From NCBI GenBank assembly GCA_963662545.2, contig CAXXLL010000002.1:1440001-1504000 (forward strand): a DNA stretch of 64,000 bases, in the 5' to 3' direction. The notes under the pieces are model-generated. The model was not told the DNA's origin, searched no databases, and saw nothing but the letters and a program-made list of their open reading frames with translations. This document shows, one piece after another, positions 23,022-33,516 of the stretch (within the stretch, counting starts at the first letter, position 1; each line of letters opens with the position of its first letter). This DNA is from Gammaproteobacteria bacterium (GTDB taxonomy: Bacteria; Pseudomonadota; Gammaproteobacteria; Ga0077536). The position numbers and the translations under genes were made by a program.

Positions 23022-23735
23022 TCAATCCGGCGGTTTGATCAGTAAATCGACGCGCATCGGCGCCTCGAAATAGGCGCCGGAGGGCGTTACGTAGCGGGCA
23101 AACCTCGCCTGGACTTCGTCGTACACGTCATTCGAAAGCCGATGGTCGGTGTGGGTTGCACGGATAATACGCTCTTCGAATTCGGCGAAGTCCTTGAACG
23201 CCACGGGCGCACGAAAGAAGACCTCCGAATAGAGTTCGAACGCGCCGCGTTCCACCGCGGTCCGGATTGATTCGAACGCCGCTTCGCGGACGACCCGTTC
23301 GTCATGGAACAAGCGGATAATGTCATTAAAGGTCCCCGCGAAAATGGGCTCTGAAATATAGGCGTGGCCGCCGGGTTTGAGTACGCGGGTAATTTCCTCC
23401 AGAGCTCGCGGCATCGACCCGATGGGAACGTGGTGTAATGACTTGAACATGAACACCGCATCCGCACTCGCGTCGTCGCAATCGATTGCTTCGGCGCCGC
23501 CATAACGAAATTTAACGTTGCGCGGGTATTGGCTGTCCAGATTCTTCGCGTGTTGAATCGCGTCGACTTCAAACGCAATGATGGTTCGATCCACGCCTCC
23601 GGCTGCAATTGCGCGTGTGTGATCGGCTGCACCGCACCCGAGTTCAATCAAATGCTTGCCATCGAGATCGAGCACTTCTTCGTAGATCTCGCGGTCGCTG
23701 CAGACGCGCATAATGGATTCACTCGCGATCTGCAT
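23022..23735 (-). CDS. Class I SAM-dependent methyltransferase
   Basis: LIELGCGAA motif I, SLHHVP, RVLKPGG. Confidence 0.9.
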   Translation of the reverse strand: MQIASESIMRVCSDREIYEEVLDLDGKHLIELGCGAADHTRAIAAGGVDRTIIAFEVDAIQHAKNLDSQYPRNVKFRYGGAEAIDCDDASADAVFMFKSLHHVPIGSMPRALEEITRVLKPGGHAYISEPIFAGTFNDIIRLFHDERVVREAAFESIRTAVERGAFELYSEVFFRAPVAFKDFAEFEERIIRATHTDHRLSNDVYDEVQARFARYVTPSGAYFEAPMRVDLLIKPPD

Positions 23736-23748
23736 GGCCGCTAGTCTG

Positions 23749-24429
23749 CTATTTCGTTACTAGGGCTTGGATGCCGCTGTCATCCTCTTCGAGATCCTTT
23801 TCGAGTTGCTCGAAATCGATCGCTTTCGGAACCGCGATGCCGCGCTGGCAGGCCGGTCTGGCTTCGAGCCGCTCCAGCCAGGCGTTGAGGTTGCCGAGGC
23901 CGTCGATATTAGTGCCGCCCCAGAAATAAATCCTCACCCAGCACCAGTTGGCGATGTCGGCGATGCTGTATTCGTCACACAGGTAGTCACGCCCGTCGAG
24001 TTGACGATCTAGAACTTCGTACAAGCGCCGGCATTCGTTGTGATAGCGCGCGATCGCGGCGGGCAGCTTTTCCGGAAAATAGCGGTAGAAGACATTGGCC
24101 TGCCCCATCATCGGCCCGATACCGGCCATCTGGAACATGAGCCACTGGGTAACGCGGGATTCGCCTTTGTCATCCCGGGGCATCAACTGTCCGGATTTTT
24201 TCGCGAGGTAGAGCATGATCGCGCCCGATTCGAAAATTGAAATATCGTCGTTATCGCGGTCGACGATAGCCGGAATTCGGCCATTGGGGCAGAGCTTCAA
24301 GAACCAGTCTTCCTTTTGCGCACCGATCATGATGTCGACGTGATGGGTGGTGTATTCCATGCCGATCTCCTCGAGCATGACGGACACTTTCCAACCGTTG
24401 GGCGTTGAATCGGTGTATAGATCGATCAT
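23749..24429 (-). CDS. Glutathione S-transferase, YfcG/YghU-like
   Basis: [27 protein letters not shown] motifs. Confidence 0.92.
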   Translation of the reverse strand: MIDLYTDSTPNGWKVSVMLEEIGMEYTTHHVDIMIGAQKEDWFLKLCPNGRIPAIVDRDNDDISIFESGAIMLYLAKKSGQLMPRDDKGESRVTQWLMFQMAGIGPMMGQANVFYRYFPEKLPAAIARYHNECRRLYEVLDRQLDGRDYLCDEYSIADIANWCWVRIYFWGGTNIDGLGNLNAWLERLEARPACQRGIAVPKAIDFEQLEKDLEEDDSGIQALVTK

Positions 24430-24634
24430 CAATGTCCCCTTAGGCCTGCGTGATAAATGCTCACGGCGCATACGTGGATAATTTTGAAATAAGTTCTAGC
24501 AGTGCGCCACAGTTTAGCCCAAGATTGGCAGAGCTCACATCCCGAGCCGGGCCGCGGCGAATAAGCCCGTACGTATTACGGTACGGTTCCTATAAACTGT
24601 TCGGAACGCTCGCGCAATTGGAGAAATATCCGTC

Positions 24635-26437
24635 ATGAACAAGCCCGAAACCGCGGCGGTCACCTATGAAATGGACCCGGTATTGATGGCGGTGCTGGCC
24701 AACCGCATGAATGCCATCGTCCGTGAAATGACGAATACGCTGCTCAGGACAGCGCGTTCCGCCGTGCTCGCGGTCGTGCGTGATTTTTCATGTTCCATCG
24801 TTACTGCGGACAACCGACTGCTGTGTCCGGGGGAAGGCGTACCGGTGCACATCTTCGGCAGCAGCCTGCAAACGCAGGCTATGTGCGACATCCACGACGA
24901 CCTGGCGCCGGGTGATGCGTTTCTGCATAACGACCCGTACCTCGGCAATACGCATGCGGCCGATCACATGTACATGGTGCCGGTGTTCGTCGACGGTGTT
25001 CACCTGTTTACCACCTGCGCCAAGGCCCACCAGGCGGACTGCGGCAATTCGATTCCGAGTACCTACCACGCTTATGCCCGCGACATCTATGAAGAGGGAG
25101 CGCTGATCTTCCCCTGTGTGCGGGTGCAGAAGAACTACGAAGAAGTCGACGACATCATCCGCATGTGTCGGCGCCGTATACGCGTACCGGAACAGTGGTA
25201 CGGAGATTACCTCGCCACCATGGGTTCTGCCCGCATCGGTGAGCGGCGCTTGATGGAACTGGTGGAGCGCTACGGAGCCGATACCATCGATCAATTCATC
25301 AAGGACTGGTTCGTTTATTCCGAGCGCCGCATGATAGAAGCCATCAGTAAATTGCCCAAAAGCCGGCTCGAGAACGTGAGTGTCTACGATCCCCTTCCCC
25401 CGGTGTTGCCCACAGGTCTGCCGATCAAGGTGGTCGTCGAGATCGACCCCGACAAGGCCCGCATCACAGTCGATTTGACCGATAACGAAGACAATAAGGA
25501 CTTTGGTCTCAACGAGTCCGTGGCCTGTGCGACGAGCAACGCCATGTGCGGGGTGTTCAATTGCATCGATCCTGAAATTCCGCACAACGCGGGCAGCTTC
25601 GAGCGTATCTCCGTCAAGTTGCGAAAGGGGTGCCTCGCGGGTATTCCACAGTTTCCACACAGTTGTTCGATGGCGACGACCAATATCGCCGATCGCATCG
25701 TCAACGCAACACAAGCCGCGTTTGCACAGATTGGTGATGGCCACGGTCTGGCCGAGGGTGCCATGGGCATGGGCGCCGGCGCGGGCGTGATTTCAGGCAA
25801 GGACTGGCGCTTCGGCGATTCACCCTACATCAATCAGGAATGGCTGATCGCGAACGGGGGGCCGGGCACGCCATCTACAGACGGCTGGTTGAATTACGGC
25901 CTGCCCGTCGCCGGCGGTCTCATTTATCGGGGCAGTATCGAAGTCGAGGAGTCCAAGCATCCGATCCTGATCAAGCATCTGCGCGTGATCCCGGGCGGCG
26001 GCGGCGCGGGCCGGTTTCGCGGGGCACCCGGTGCCGACGTCGTCTACGGTCCGCGTCATGATCCGATGACCGTGGTCGCTTCGTGCGATGCGCAGCATAA
26101 TCCTCCGCAGGGAGTACGCGGCGGCAAGGCCGGTCCGCCGGCGCAAACCTACAAGATCCACAAGGACGGTGTTGAGGAGAAATTGCCGGGCGTCGTCGAA
26201 TGCCACCTCGACCCCGGAGAATGGATTCGAGGTATCGATGCCGGCGGCGGCGGGTATGGCGATCCACTGGAGCGGGATCCCGAGCGCGTTCTTAACGATG
26301 TGCTCGAACGCTGGGAAACGCTCGAGCGGGCCGAAAAAATCTACGGTGTCGTTTTCACCGGAACACCTCTCGAAGAGACCCTCGCGGTAGATGCCGCCGC
26401 GACCACCCAACGGCGCGCGCGATTGAGCTCGGCCTGA
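24635..26437 (+). CDS. Hydantoinase B / oxoprolinase-family protein
   Basis: DFSC, HNDPYLGNTHAAD, HQAD, GGGGYGDPLER motifs. Confidence 0.93.
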   Translation: MNKPETAAVTYEMDPVLMAVLANRMNAIVREMTNTLLRTARSAVLAVVRDFSCSIVTADNRLLCPGEGVPVHIFGSSLQTQAMCDIHDDLAPGDAFLHNDPYLGNTHAADHMYMVPVFVDGVHLFTTCAKAHQADCGNSIPSTYHAYARDIYEEGALIFPCVRVQKNYEEVDDIIRMCRRRIRVPEQWYGDYLATMGSARIGERRLMELVERYGADTIDQFIKDWFVYSERRMIEAISKLPKSRLENVSVYDPLPPVLPTGLPIKVVVEIDPDKARITVDLTDNEDNKDFGLNESVACATSNAMCGVFNCIDPEIPHNAGSFERISVKLRKGCLAGIPQFPHSCSMATTNIADRIVNATQAAFAQIGDGHGLAEGAMGMGAGAGVISGKDWRFGDSPYINQEWLIANGGPGTPSTDGWLNYGLPVAGGLIYRGSIEVEESKHPILIKHLRVIPGGGGAGRFRGAPGADVVYGPRHDPMTVVASCDAQHNPPQGVRGGKAGPPAQTYKIHKDGVEEKLPGVVECHLDPGEWIRGIDAGGGGYGDPLERDPERVLNDVLERWETLERAEKIYGVVFTGTPLEETLAVDAAATTQRRARLSSA

Positions 26438-26474
26438 GATCCCGCGGTATCACGCCTCGCTCGGCGTACGCGGC

Positions 26475-27242
26475 TCAATTGTCACCCGTCAAGGGGACGA
26501 ACCGGACCGGCAGGACGCTGCGACGCTCGATCGATCCGTCCTCGCCTTTGTCGATGACCACGAGTTCCTGTTGCCACGGCGCCGTGTCGACGGGTATCAC
26601 CATGCGCCCACCCGGTTTGAGCTGCTCGATCAAGGCCGCCGGGACGCGTCCTGCCGCGGTGACGACGATCGCGTCGAACGGCGCTGCGCCGGGCCAGCCG
26701 TGGTTGCCGTCGCCGGTGCGCACGGTCACGTTGTCGTAACCCAGTTTGTTCAACCGGGTGCGTGCACGCTCGGCGAGCGGGGCGACGATCTCGATGGTGT
26801 AGACCTGGCTTACCAGCTTTGCCAGAACGGCCGCCTGGTAACCGGAGCCGGTGCCGATCTCGAGCACCCGGTCGTCTCCTTCGGCGTCGATCAATTCGGT
26901 CATCAGGGCGACGATGAAGGGCTGCGAAATGGTCTGACCGTGGCCGATCGACAACGGTCGATTGATGTAGGCCACATCGCGATTCGATGGTTCAACAAAG
27001 TCGTGGCGGGGTACGGCGCGCATGGCCGCTTTCACTGCCGGGGACATGCGATCCTGGCCGGTGAGGGATCCGGTAGCGCGAAAATCCGATTCGATTTCGC
27101 GTATCAGCCGATCCTGTGACGCGTCGTGATGATCGGCGGCAAGCTCGGACATCGCGACGACCGCCATCACCAGGAATGGCAGAAGTTGCCGTGAATAACG
27201 GCGACTCGCACGGCGTCTCTGGGATAGATCATGCAGCTGCAC
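26475..27242 (-). CDS. pcm: Protein-L-isoaspartate O-methyltransferase
   Basis: GQTISQP, VLEIGTGSGYQAA, APFDAIVVTAA, VRFVPL motifs. Confidence 0.93.
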   Translation of the reverse strand: MQLHDLSQRRRASRRYSRQLLPFLVMAVVAMSELAADHHDASQDRLIREIESDFRATGSLTGQDRMSPAVKAAMRAVPRHDFVEPSNRDVAYINRPLSIGHGQTISQPFIVALMTELIDAEGDDRVLEIGTGSGYQAAVLAKLVSQVYTIEIVAPLAERARTRLNKLGYDNVTVRTGDGNHGWPGAAPFDAIVVTAAGRVPAALIEQLKPGGRMVIPVDTAPWQQELVVIDKGEDGSIERRSVLPVRFVPLTGDN

Positions 27243-27479
27243 GCGTTACGGTCCGACTTGCAACATAGCGAAAAGATCTCCTCGATTTGCGGAACTCCGG
27301 ATCCTCCACGCCCGCTATTCCAGCGCAACAAGAACCCCGGAGTCAATCCATTGCGCTGTGATCATAGTCCCAATGCCCAATCGGGAGGGGGCAGTAATAA
27401 GCAATTTCTCTACGCGAGTGTGAACGCAAAATGTTGAAAAATAACTTCCTGGCGTTGATCAGCAGCCGGTGCCCGCGCT

Positions 27480-27508
27480 CTTGAAATAAGCGTCGATCCT
27501 ACCCATAT
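27480..27508 (+). promoter_or_regulatory. Sigma32 (RpoH) promoter of hsp20
   Basis: CTTGAAA-N14-ACCCATAT directly upstream of a small heat-shock gene. Confidence 0.75.
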
Positions 27509-27553
27509 AGCGGGTATCGAAACCATTCAATCCTCAAGATGGAGGTGAAACAA

Positions 27554-28000
27554 ATGCGAACCACAATTTATGAACCTTTTGCGACGATTCGGCGTTTACA
27601 AGACGAGATGAATCGGGCTTTCGGCGGTGCGTTGACGGCACCTGATGATCACTCGACTTCCGCGGTCAGCACGTGGGTGCCTGCTGTGGACGTACAAGAG
27701 TACGACGACCGCTTCGCCATCATCGCTGATGTACCGGGTGTCGATCCGAACGCCATCGAAGTCACCATGGAAAACGGCGTGTTAACCATTACCGGCGAGC
27801 GACAGTTCGAGAAGACAGAGAAAAACGGTGCGAGCGCACGTCGCGCCGAGCGGAGCTACGGCAATTTTTACCGCCGGTTTACCCTGCCGGATAGCGCGGA
27901 TGAAGATCGGATCGAGGCGCACAGCTCACACGGTGTGCTCGAGGTGACCATTCCGAAAAAGAAGCGCGTGCAGCCGAAGAAGATTAAGGTCAAGGGCTGA
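27554..28000 (+). CDS. Hsp20/alpha-crystallin small heat-shock protein
   Basis: WVPAVDV, ADVPGV, ERSYGNFYRRFTLP, GVLEVTIPK; RBS GGAGG at 27541. Confidence 0.95.
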   Translation: MRTTIYEPFATIRRLQDEMNRAFGGALTAPDDHSTSAVSTWVPAVDVQEYDDRFAIIADVPGVDPNAIEVTMENGVLTITGERQFEKTEKNGASARRAERSYGNFYRRFTLPDSADEDRIEAHSSHGVLEVTIPKKKRVQPKKIKVKG

Positions 28001-28064
28001 TACGGACTCCGCAGACGGGTGTGTAACCGTCCACCGCCGACTTTCGTCTGACATGCTCACACCT

Positions 28065-28090
28065 GAACGGGGCTGCGGCCCCGTTCCTTT
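28065..28090 (+). terminator. Intrinsic terminator of hsp20
   Basis: GAACGGGGC-TGCG-GCCCCGTTC followed by CTTT. Confidence 0.75.
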
Positions 28091-28256
28091 CGATGATGAG
28101 GCGACAACCGTCGCGTCCTTTTTCAATGGCTACTCGCCTAGACTTTCAAAAATTCACAGTTCCACACAAGAATCCGTCGTTAGCCGGTCTATACTTGCGC
28201 CGCAATCCCGCGACTGAAGACAGTGTAGCTCCCGTCGGTCCAAGAACGTGTTCGAA

Positions 28257-31038
28257 ATGAATCGCTATCTAAGCATTGTGGCAATGCTGTCGTTTCTCGT
28301 CGTCCAGACCACACGGGCCGAAACCGCAGCCAGTCTTTACGAGGATGCGCTTGCCCTTGTCGAGTCTGGTGACACTCTGGGCGGCATCGTCCAACTTCGC
28401 AACGCTGTGCAAAAGGATCGTAAACATGTGCCATCGTGGCTGCTGCTGGCCGAATTGAATCTCGACCTCGGTGATCCCGCGTTCGCGCTGCACGCTGCGC
28501 GAAGCCGCGAGGCTGAACGCCGATTTTGAACTAACAACGCTGATCCTGGCACGGAGCTATCTGATGCTGGGGAGGCTGGATACGCTGTTGGAAATGCAGC
28601 CTGCCCCAGGTCTGTCCGGCGTGAAGAAGGCCGCCTTCCATGTGATTCAAGGCACGGCGCTGCTCGAAGCGAACGTGCTCCGGCAGGCGCGCGCGAAATT
28701 CGAGGCCGCGCTCAGCTTCGAATCCGACAACCCCGCAGCGTACCGCGGCATTGCGCTCGCCAACATTCGTCAAGGGCGATCCGACGCCGCGCTGCGTGCC
28801 GCTGAGCACGCCCTGAAACTCGATCTCACCGAAGCGGAAAGCTGGTATGTGCGCGGTGAAGTGAGGCGCAGCAGGCGCGAACTCAAACGAGCACTCGAAG
28901 ATTTCGAGGAAGCCTCCCGATCGCGGCCGACTCATGCGCCCGCGATCTTGGGACGTGCGGCGTTGATGCTCGACATGGGACGCCTCGAAGAGGCGCATGT
29001 GTTGTTGCTCGAATTTAACGAGCTCGCGCCTGACGAATTGCAAGGTTTGTTCCTATTGTCGCAGGTGCAGATCGCGCTCGGCGACTCGATCGGCGCGGAC
29101 CAGACGCTCGAGCACGCCCGCGAGGTCCTGAACCAGATCCCGCCCGAGGTGGCGCAAGAGAATCTGCCAGCCCTCATGGTCTCCGCAGTGATCGCGCTGC
29201 GCGACAACCTGCCGCAGCAGGCGCGGGATCTCCTGTAGGCCTACCTGCAGCGCTCGGTTGGGCACACCGGCGCGACCAAGCTGCTCGCGGTCGCGCTGCT
29301 CCGCCTTGAGCAGGGTTCGGAAGCGAGAAAAGTCATTCGCACGCTACTCGCGATCTATCCCGGTGATCGCCATCTTCAGCTTCTGCTCGGTGCCGCTTAC
29401 GCACTCGAAGGCGACGTCGCAAATGCAAAAGCGGCATACGAGAAATCAGGCGGTCTTGGCAAAAGCCGTGCGTGGTTTTACAAGTTGCTTGGACTGGCGC
29501 AGGCGCGTGAGGGCAACTTTGCCGAGGCGCTCGGCGCTTTCGACGAGGCATTGCGGCTGGAAGGTGGAGCACAGGACGCCTCATTGATGGCTGCCTATAC
29601 GCACATCCAACTCGGCAGCCCGGACAAGGCGCTGGCTCTCGTGTCGGATCTGGTCGAACGGGACCCCTCGAACGCTGCGCACCAGAACCTGGCGGGTGCA
29701 CTTCACATGATGTTGCGGAACATTGACACCGCAGCCGCACATTTCGAGCGGGCCACGGCCATAGATCCCGAATTCGAAGCCCCGTATCTCAATCTTGCGG
29801 AGCTAGCCCGCCAGGAGGGGCGCTACGTCGAAGCGCTTGAACGCTATGGCATGCTGCTCAAAGCCGACAGCGCGAATATCGGAGCGCTGCGCGGTATGGC
29901 GGAGGTGGCCGCTTCGCGAAAAATGCCGCACGAAATGGTCCAATGGTTGGAGCGCATCCGGAAGATCGAGCCTGGCCTGATCGAAGACCGGTTGACCTTG
30001 CTGCGTGCCTATCTGAGTTCGAACAGAACGATCGAGGCCTTGGCGGAGGCGAATGACCTGCTCAGGCTGGCTGGTGACAATCCGAAGGTGGTCGTTGCCG
30101 CGGCATTCGCTGAGCATGAGGGTGGTAGCGTTGCGGCGGCACGGAGCTTGCTCCGGGAACTCTCTTTGCGTGAGGATCTTGCCGCCATCGACCTTGATCG
30201 CATCGCCGCTGCACAAAGCCGTCTCAATTTTCCCGGTGACGCGCGGACGACCCGTGAAGCGACCCTGCAACGGTGGCCAGCGCGTCTAGAGACGCGCTAT
30301 GGTTTTGCGCTCGAATCCATTCGCGCAGCCGATCTCAGCACGGCTGAAACCCAAGTCGACTACCTGAAGTCCCGGTTCCCGGAGGGCGTACAAACCCTCG
30401 TTGCCAGCGGTGAACTCGCGCTGGCGCGTGGCAGCGCGGCGGCGGCAGTGGGGTTTTTCGAGCGCGCGATGGCGAAATCGCCGCGGCCTGGGATCGCCAA
30501 GCGGCTTGCAAAGGCCCTGATCGAGTCGGGCGAGACCGAACGCGCGATCGCGCTGTTCGCCGAGCGATCGGCCAAGGATGGAAAGAATACGAGTGAACGC
30601 ATGGCGTTAGCAGCACTGTTTGTGAAAGCCGGCCGCTTTGGGCAGGCGGCACGGATTTACGAAGCGATCCTGCAACTCGCGCCCGAGAACTGGAAAGCTC
30701 GCAACAACCTGGCATGGACTTACCAGAAGCTCGGTGATCCGAGGGCAGTGCCGGAGGCGCGACGGGCGCTCGCTCAGAATGCACAGCATCCGGCCACGCT
30801 CGACACAGCCGGTTGGATCTTGGCTCAGAACGGCGAAACGCTCGAAGCCTTAAGGCTGTTGCGCGAAGCGCTGGCGCGGGATTCCCAGGAGCCCGCCATT
30901 CGCATCCACCTCGCGGAGACCCTGATCGAACTGGGGCATTTGGCGGAAGCCCGGGAGCATCTTGAACAGGTCGGTGGCGCGGCGCCTGCGAATCTACGCC
31001 GCCGCGCCGCGGAATTGCGGGCGAATATCGGGGGTTGA
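28257..31038 (+). pseudogene. PrsT-like TPR protein of the PEP-CTERM system (about 927 aa), frameshift near 28490 and in-frame TAG at 29236-29238
   Basis: IVQLRNAVQ N-terminus, many TPRs, C-terminal NNLAW...LDTAGWIL...IRIHLA; frame is continuous after the TAG; adjacent to a PEP-CTERM gene. Confidence 0.8.
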
Positions 31039-31243
31039 CGGGTCGGTTGTAAAATTTTTAAGAATTGCGTGCCTCTATAATTGATTGATTAACAAAGACT
31101 ATTTTAGAAAACCCCAGAAGTGGTTCGTAACGATGAATCTTTACCAACTGTTGCCGCGCTAGTAGCGCTTGCACGTAACCCACTGAAAGGATGAGTGTTT
31201 TTCTAAAATCTGCCGAGAAACACGAGCGCTTGTCGCGCATGGG

Positions 31244-31337
31244 TGTCAAAATTTTTTACAATATGACGCGGACGCTTTGCCGTCGGCCGCTTAACTAGCT
31301 GATAAATCTGATATAAAATAATTGGCGTGAAACTTGC
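31244..31337 (+). promoter_or_regulatory. Enhancer box plus sigma54 promoter of the PEP-CTERM gene
   Basis: TGTCAAAATTTTTTACA at 31244-31260; TTGGCGTGAAACTTGC (GG-N10-GC) at 31322-31337. Confidence 0.75.
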
Positions 31338-31383
31338 TAGTCCAATCTCAAATGATATTATCGTTCCCGGACACCGGTCAAAG

Positions 31384-32196
31384 ATGAAACAGATACGGCT
31401 ATTATTGGGCCTCGCTCTCGCGCTCACATTTGCGCCAGCGCAGGCCTTCATCATGGAGGAAACACCCCTAGGAGGCGGGTTCGGTAACCCACCGCAGGAC
31501 GCCTTCAAAGTTACCATCACGCTGCCGAGCGATCCCGGCGACGACCCACATCTCAATACCTTCACGGTCAACTGGCTGGTACCGATTGCGGATACGAGTC
31601 CCACAGCGCCGGCCGATCTGACCGCGATGGCGACATTCACCATCACGTCGTTCGATGCGAGCTCGATCGTGATGGACATCATGCTCGACAATACTTTCGA
31701 CCCAAACCTTGGGGTGAACAGCATCCTGTCGTTCGGGTTCCAAGTCGACCCGGACGTCGACGGCGCCTCGATCGTGAATGCCGCGGACCCGAACAACATC
31801 ATTTGGACCCACGAACTGACGGCGGATCTCACCGGCAACTTCCAGGACCTCGACATCTGCGTGTTCCCCGACGCGCAGAGCAATTCCTGTAACGGTGGCA
31901 ACGTGAACAATGGCCTGCCGGCGGGCGCAAGCGATTTGCTGACGCTGACGCTAACGGGTGATTTTACCTCGCCGAACAACGGCGAGATATCAACCGTCAT
32001 GCTGTCGCAGTTTCCGGTCAAGTTCCAAGGCGATTTCGGCTCCTTCGAAGTACCGGGCGAGACCGACTGCTGTACCCGGGTGCCGGAGCCAGACGCGGTG
32101 TTCCTAGCCCTGATAGGCATCGCGGCAGTGCGGGCCTTTAGACCCGGCGCGCGGAATACCGGGAAGCCGTCAGGCGCACCTTTTCTCGTCCTTTAG
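31384..32196 (+). CDS. PEP-CTERM protein, cistern-family-like
   Basis: Signal peptide, LSFGFQVDP, DICV...SCNGG Cys pair, VPEP + TM + basic tail. Confidence 0.85.
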   Translation: MKQIRLLLGLALALTFAPAQAFIMEETPLGGGFGNPPQDAFKVTITLPSDPGDDPHLNTFTVNWLVPIADTSPTAPADLTAMATFTITSFDASSIVMDIMLDNTFDPNLGVNSILSFGFQVDPDVDGASIVNAADPNNIIWTHELTADLTGNFQDLDICVFPDAQSNSCNGGNVNNGLPAGASDLLTLTLTGDFTSPNNGEISTVMLSQFPVKFQGDFGSFEVPGETDCCTRVPEPDAVFLALIGIAAVRAFRPGARNTGKPSGAPFLVL

Positions 32197-32290
32197 TCAA
32201 AACGAATTCAACAGCCGCTCTTTTGACCTGATGGCCGCCCAGGTCGCCGCGCTTGCGCATCCCTGCGCCCGCGGCATTAATGCATCCATG

Positions 32291-32507
32291 TCACCATCGC
32301 CGCCGATGTGCCGGGCGTTGATCCGCACGCCATCGAAGTCATCATGAACAATGCCATGCTCAAGGTTACCATTCCGAAACAGGCACGGGTGCAGCCGAAG
32401 AAGATTAAGGTCAAGGGCTGATCCGGTATGCAGGAACGGGTGAGCAACCGTTCTCCAGCGACTTTCGTCTGACATGCTTACAACTGAGCGGGGCTTTGGC
32501 CCCGCTC
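32291..32507 (+). pseudogene. Internally deleted hsp20 3' remnant with its 3'UTR and terminator
   Basis: ADVPGVDPHAIEVIMNN fused to MLKVTIPKQARVQPKKIKVKG*; UTR matches 28001-28086. Confidence 0.85.
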
Positions 32508-32569
32508 TTATTTCAGTGAACCAAAACGCGCCGGGCGGCGACCTACCAGACGACAAAAGGAAGCCAGCA

Positions 32570-33471
32570 ATGAAATGGATCGTAGTGTCGATACTCTTTT
32601 TCGTTCTCGCAGCAGATGCGCTAGCGGCGCCAGCCACGGTCCGTCTTCTGCAGGCGCCCGCCTGGCGCGAAAGAAACGCGACGCGGGAAGCGCTCATGGT
32701 CGGAATGGAACTTGAATCGGGCGATATAGTGCACACGGGTCCGCGCGCGCGGGCACTCTTGGTGCTCGAAGAAGGCAGTATCGTCAAGCTCGGTGAAAAC
32801 GCCGACCTTGATTTGCGGGAACTTCTGCCGCCGCCCGAGGAATCGGGTGTTTTCAAAGGGTTCCTCGATGTGGTCCGGGGCGCTTTTCGATTCACGACGA
32901 CACTTGCCTCGCGCAGACGCGATATTCGCGCCCGCGTCCGATCGGCCACGATTGGTATTCGGGGTACGGACGTGTGGGGTAAGACCGAAGAAGATCGAGA
33001 TTTCGTGGTACTGCTAGAGGGCGTCATCTCAATCGAGATTTCGTGGTACTGCTAGAGGGCGTCATCTCAATCGAGCGTGAAGGAGAGACTTATGAACTCG
33101 ATACACCGCTCAGCCTGTTCATGGCGCCGCGCGGCCAACCGGTCGAAGCCATTGGACCCGTCGATGGCGACTATCTTGCCGTGTGGGCACAGGAAACCGA
33201 GCCGCAGGCCGGGCAGGGCGTCAATTCCATGGACGGGCAGCACCAACTTAACCTCGCCTCGTTCGCGGGCGACGCGCTTGCCCGGGATTTCGTTCGGCGC
33301 CTGGCGGCAGCGGGTTATGGCGCAGTGGTCGAACGGGTTAGCGTCGACGACCGTGATTGGTGGCGCGTCGGCATCTCTGGATTCGACAGTGTTGATGATG
33401 CCGCCTATGCGGCCGACGCGTTGCGCGAAGCTTTCAGCATGGTGAGCCCGTGGATTTCAAAGTCGAATTGA
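32570..33471 (+). pseudogene. Exported FecR + SPOR domain protein (287 aa), frameshifted by a 38-bp tandem duplication
   Basis: ATIGIRGTDVWG FecR motif, SPOR-like WWRVGISGF; 32994-33031 is repeated at 33032-33069. Confidence 0.85.
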
Positions 33472-33516
33472 ACAAAACCGCGTCGAACGAAACCAGAGTC
33501 TCTGGCTACCAGGATG

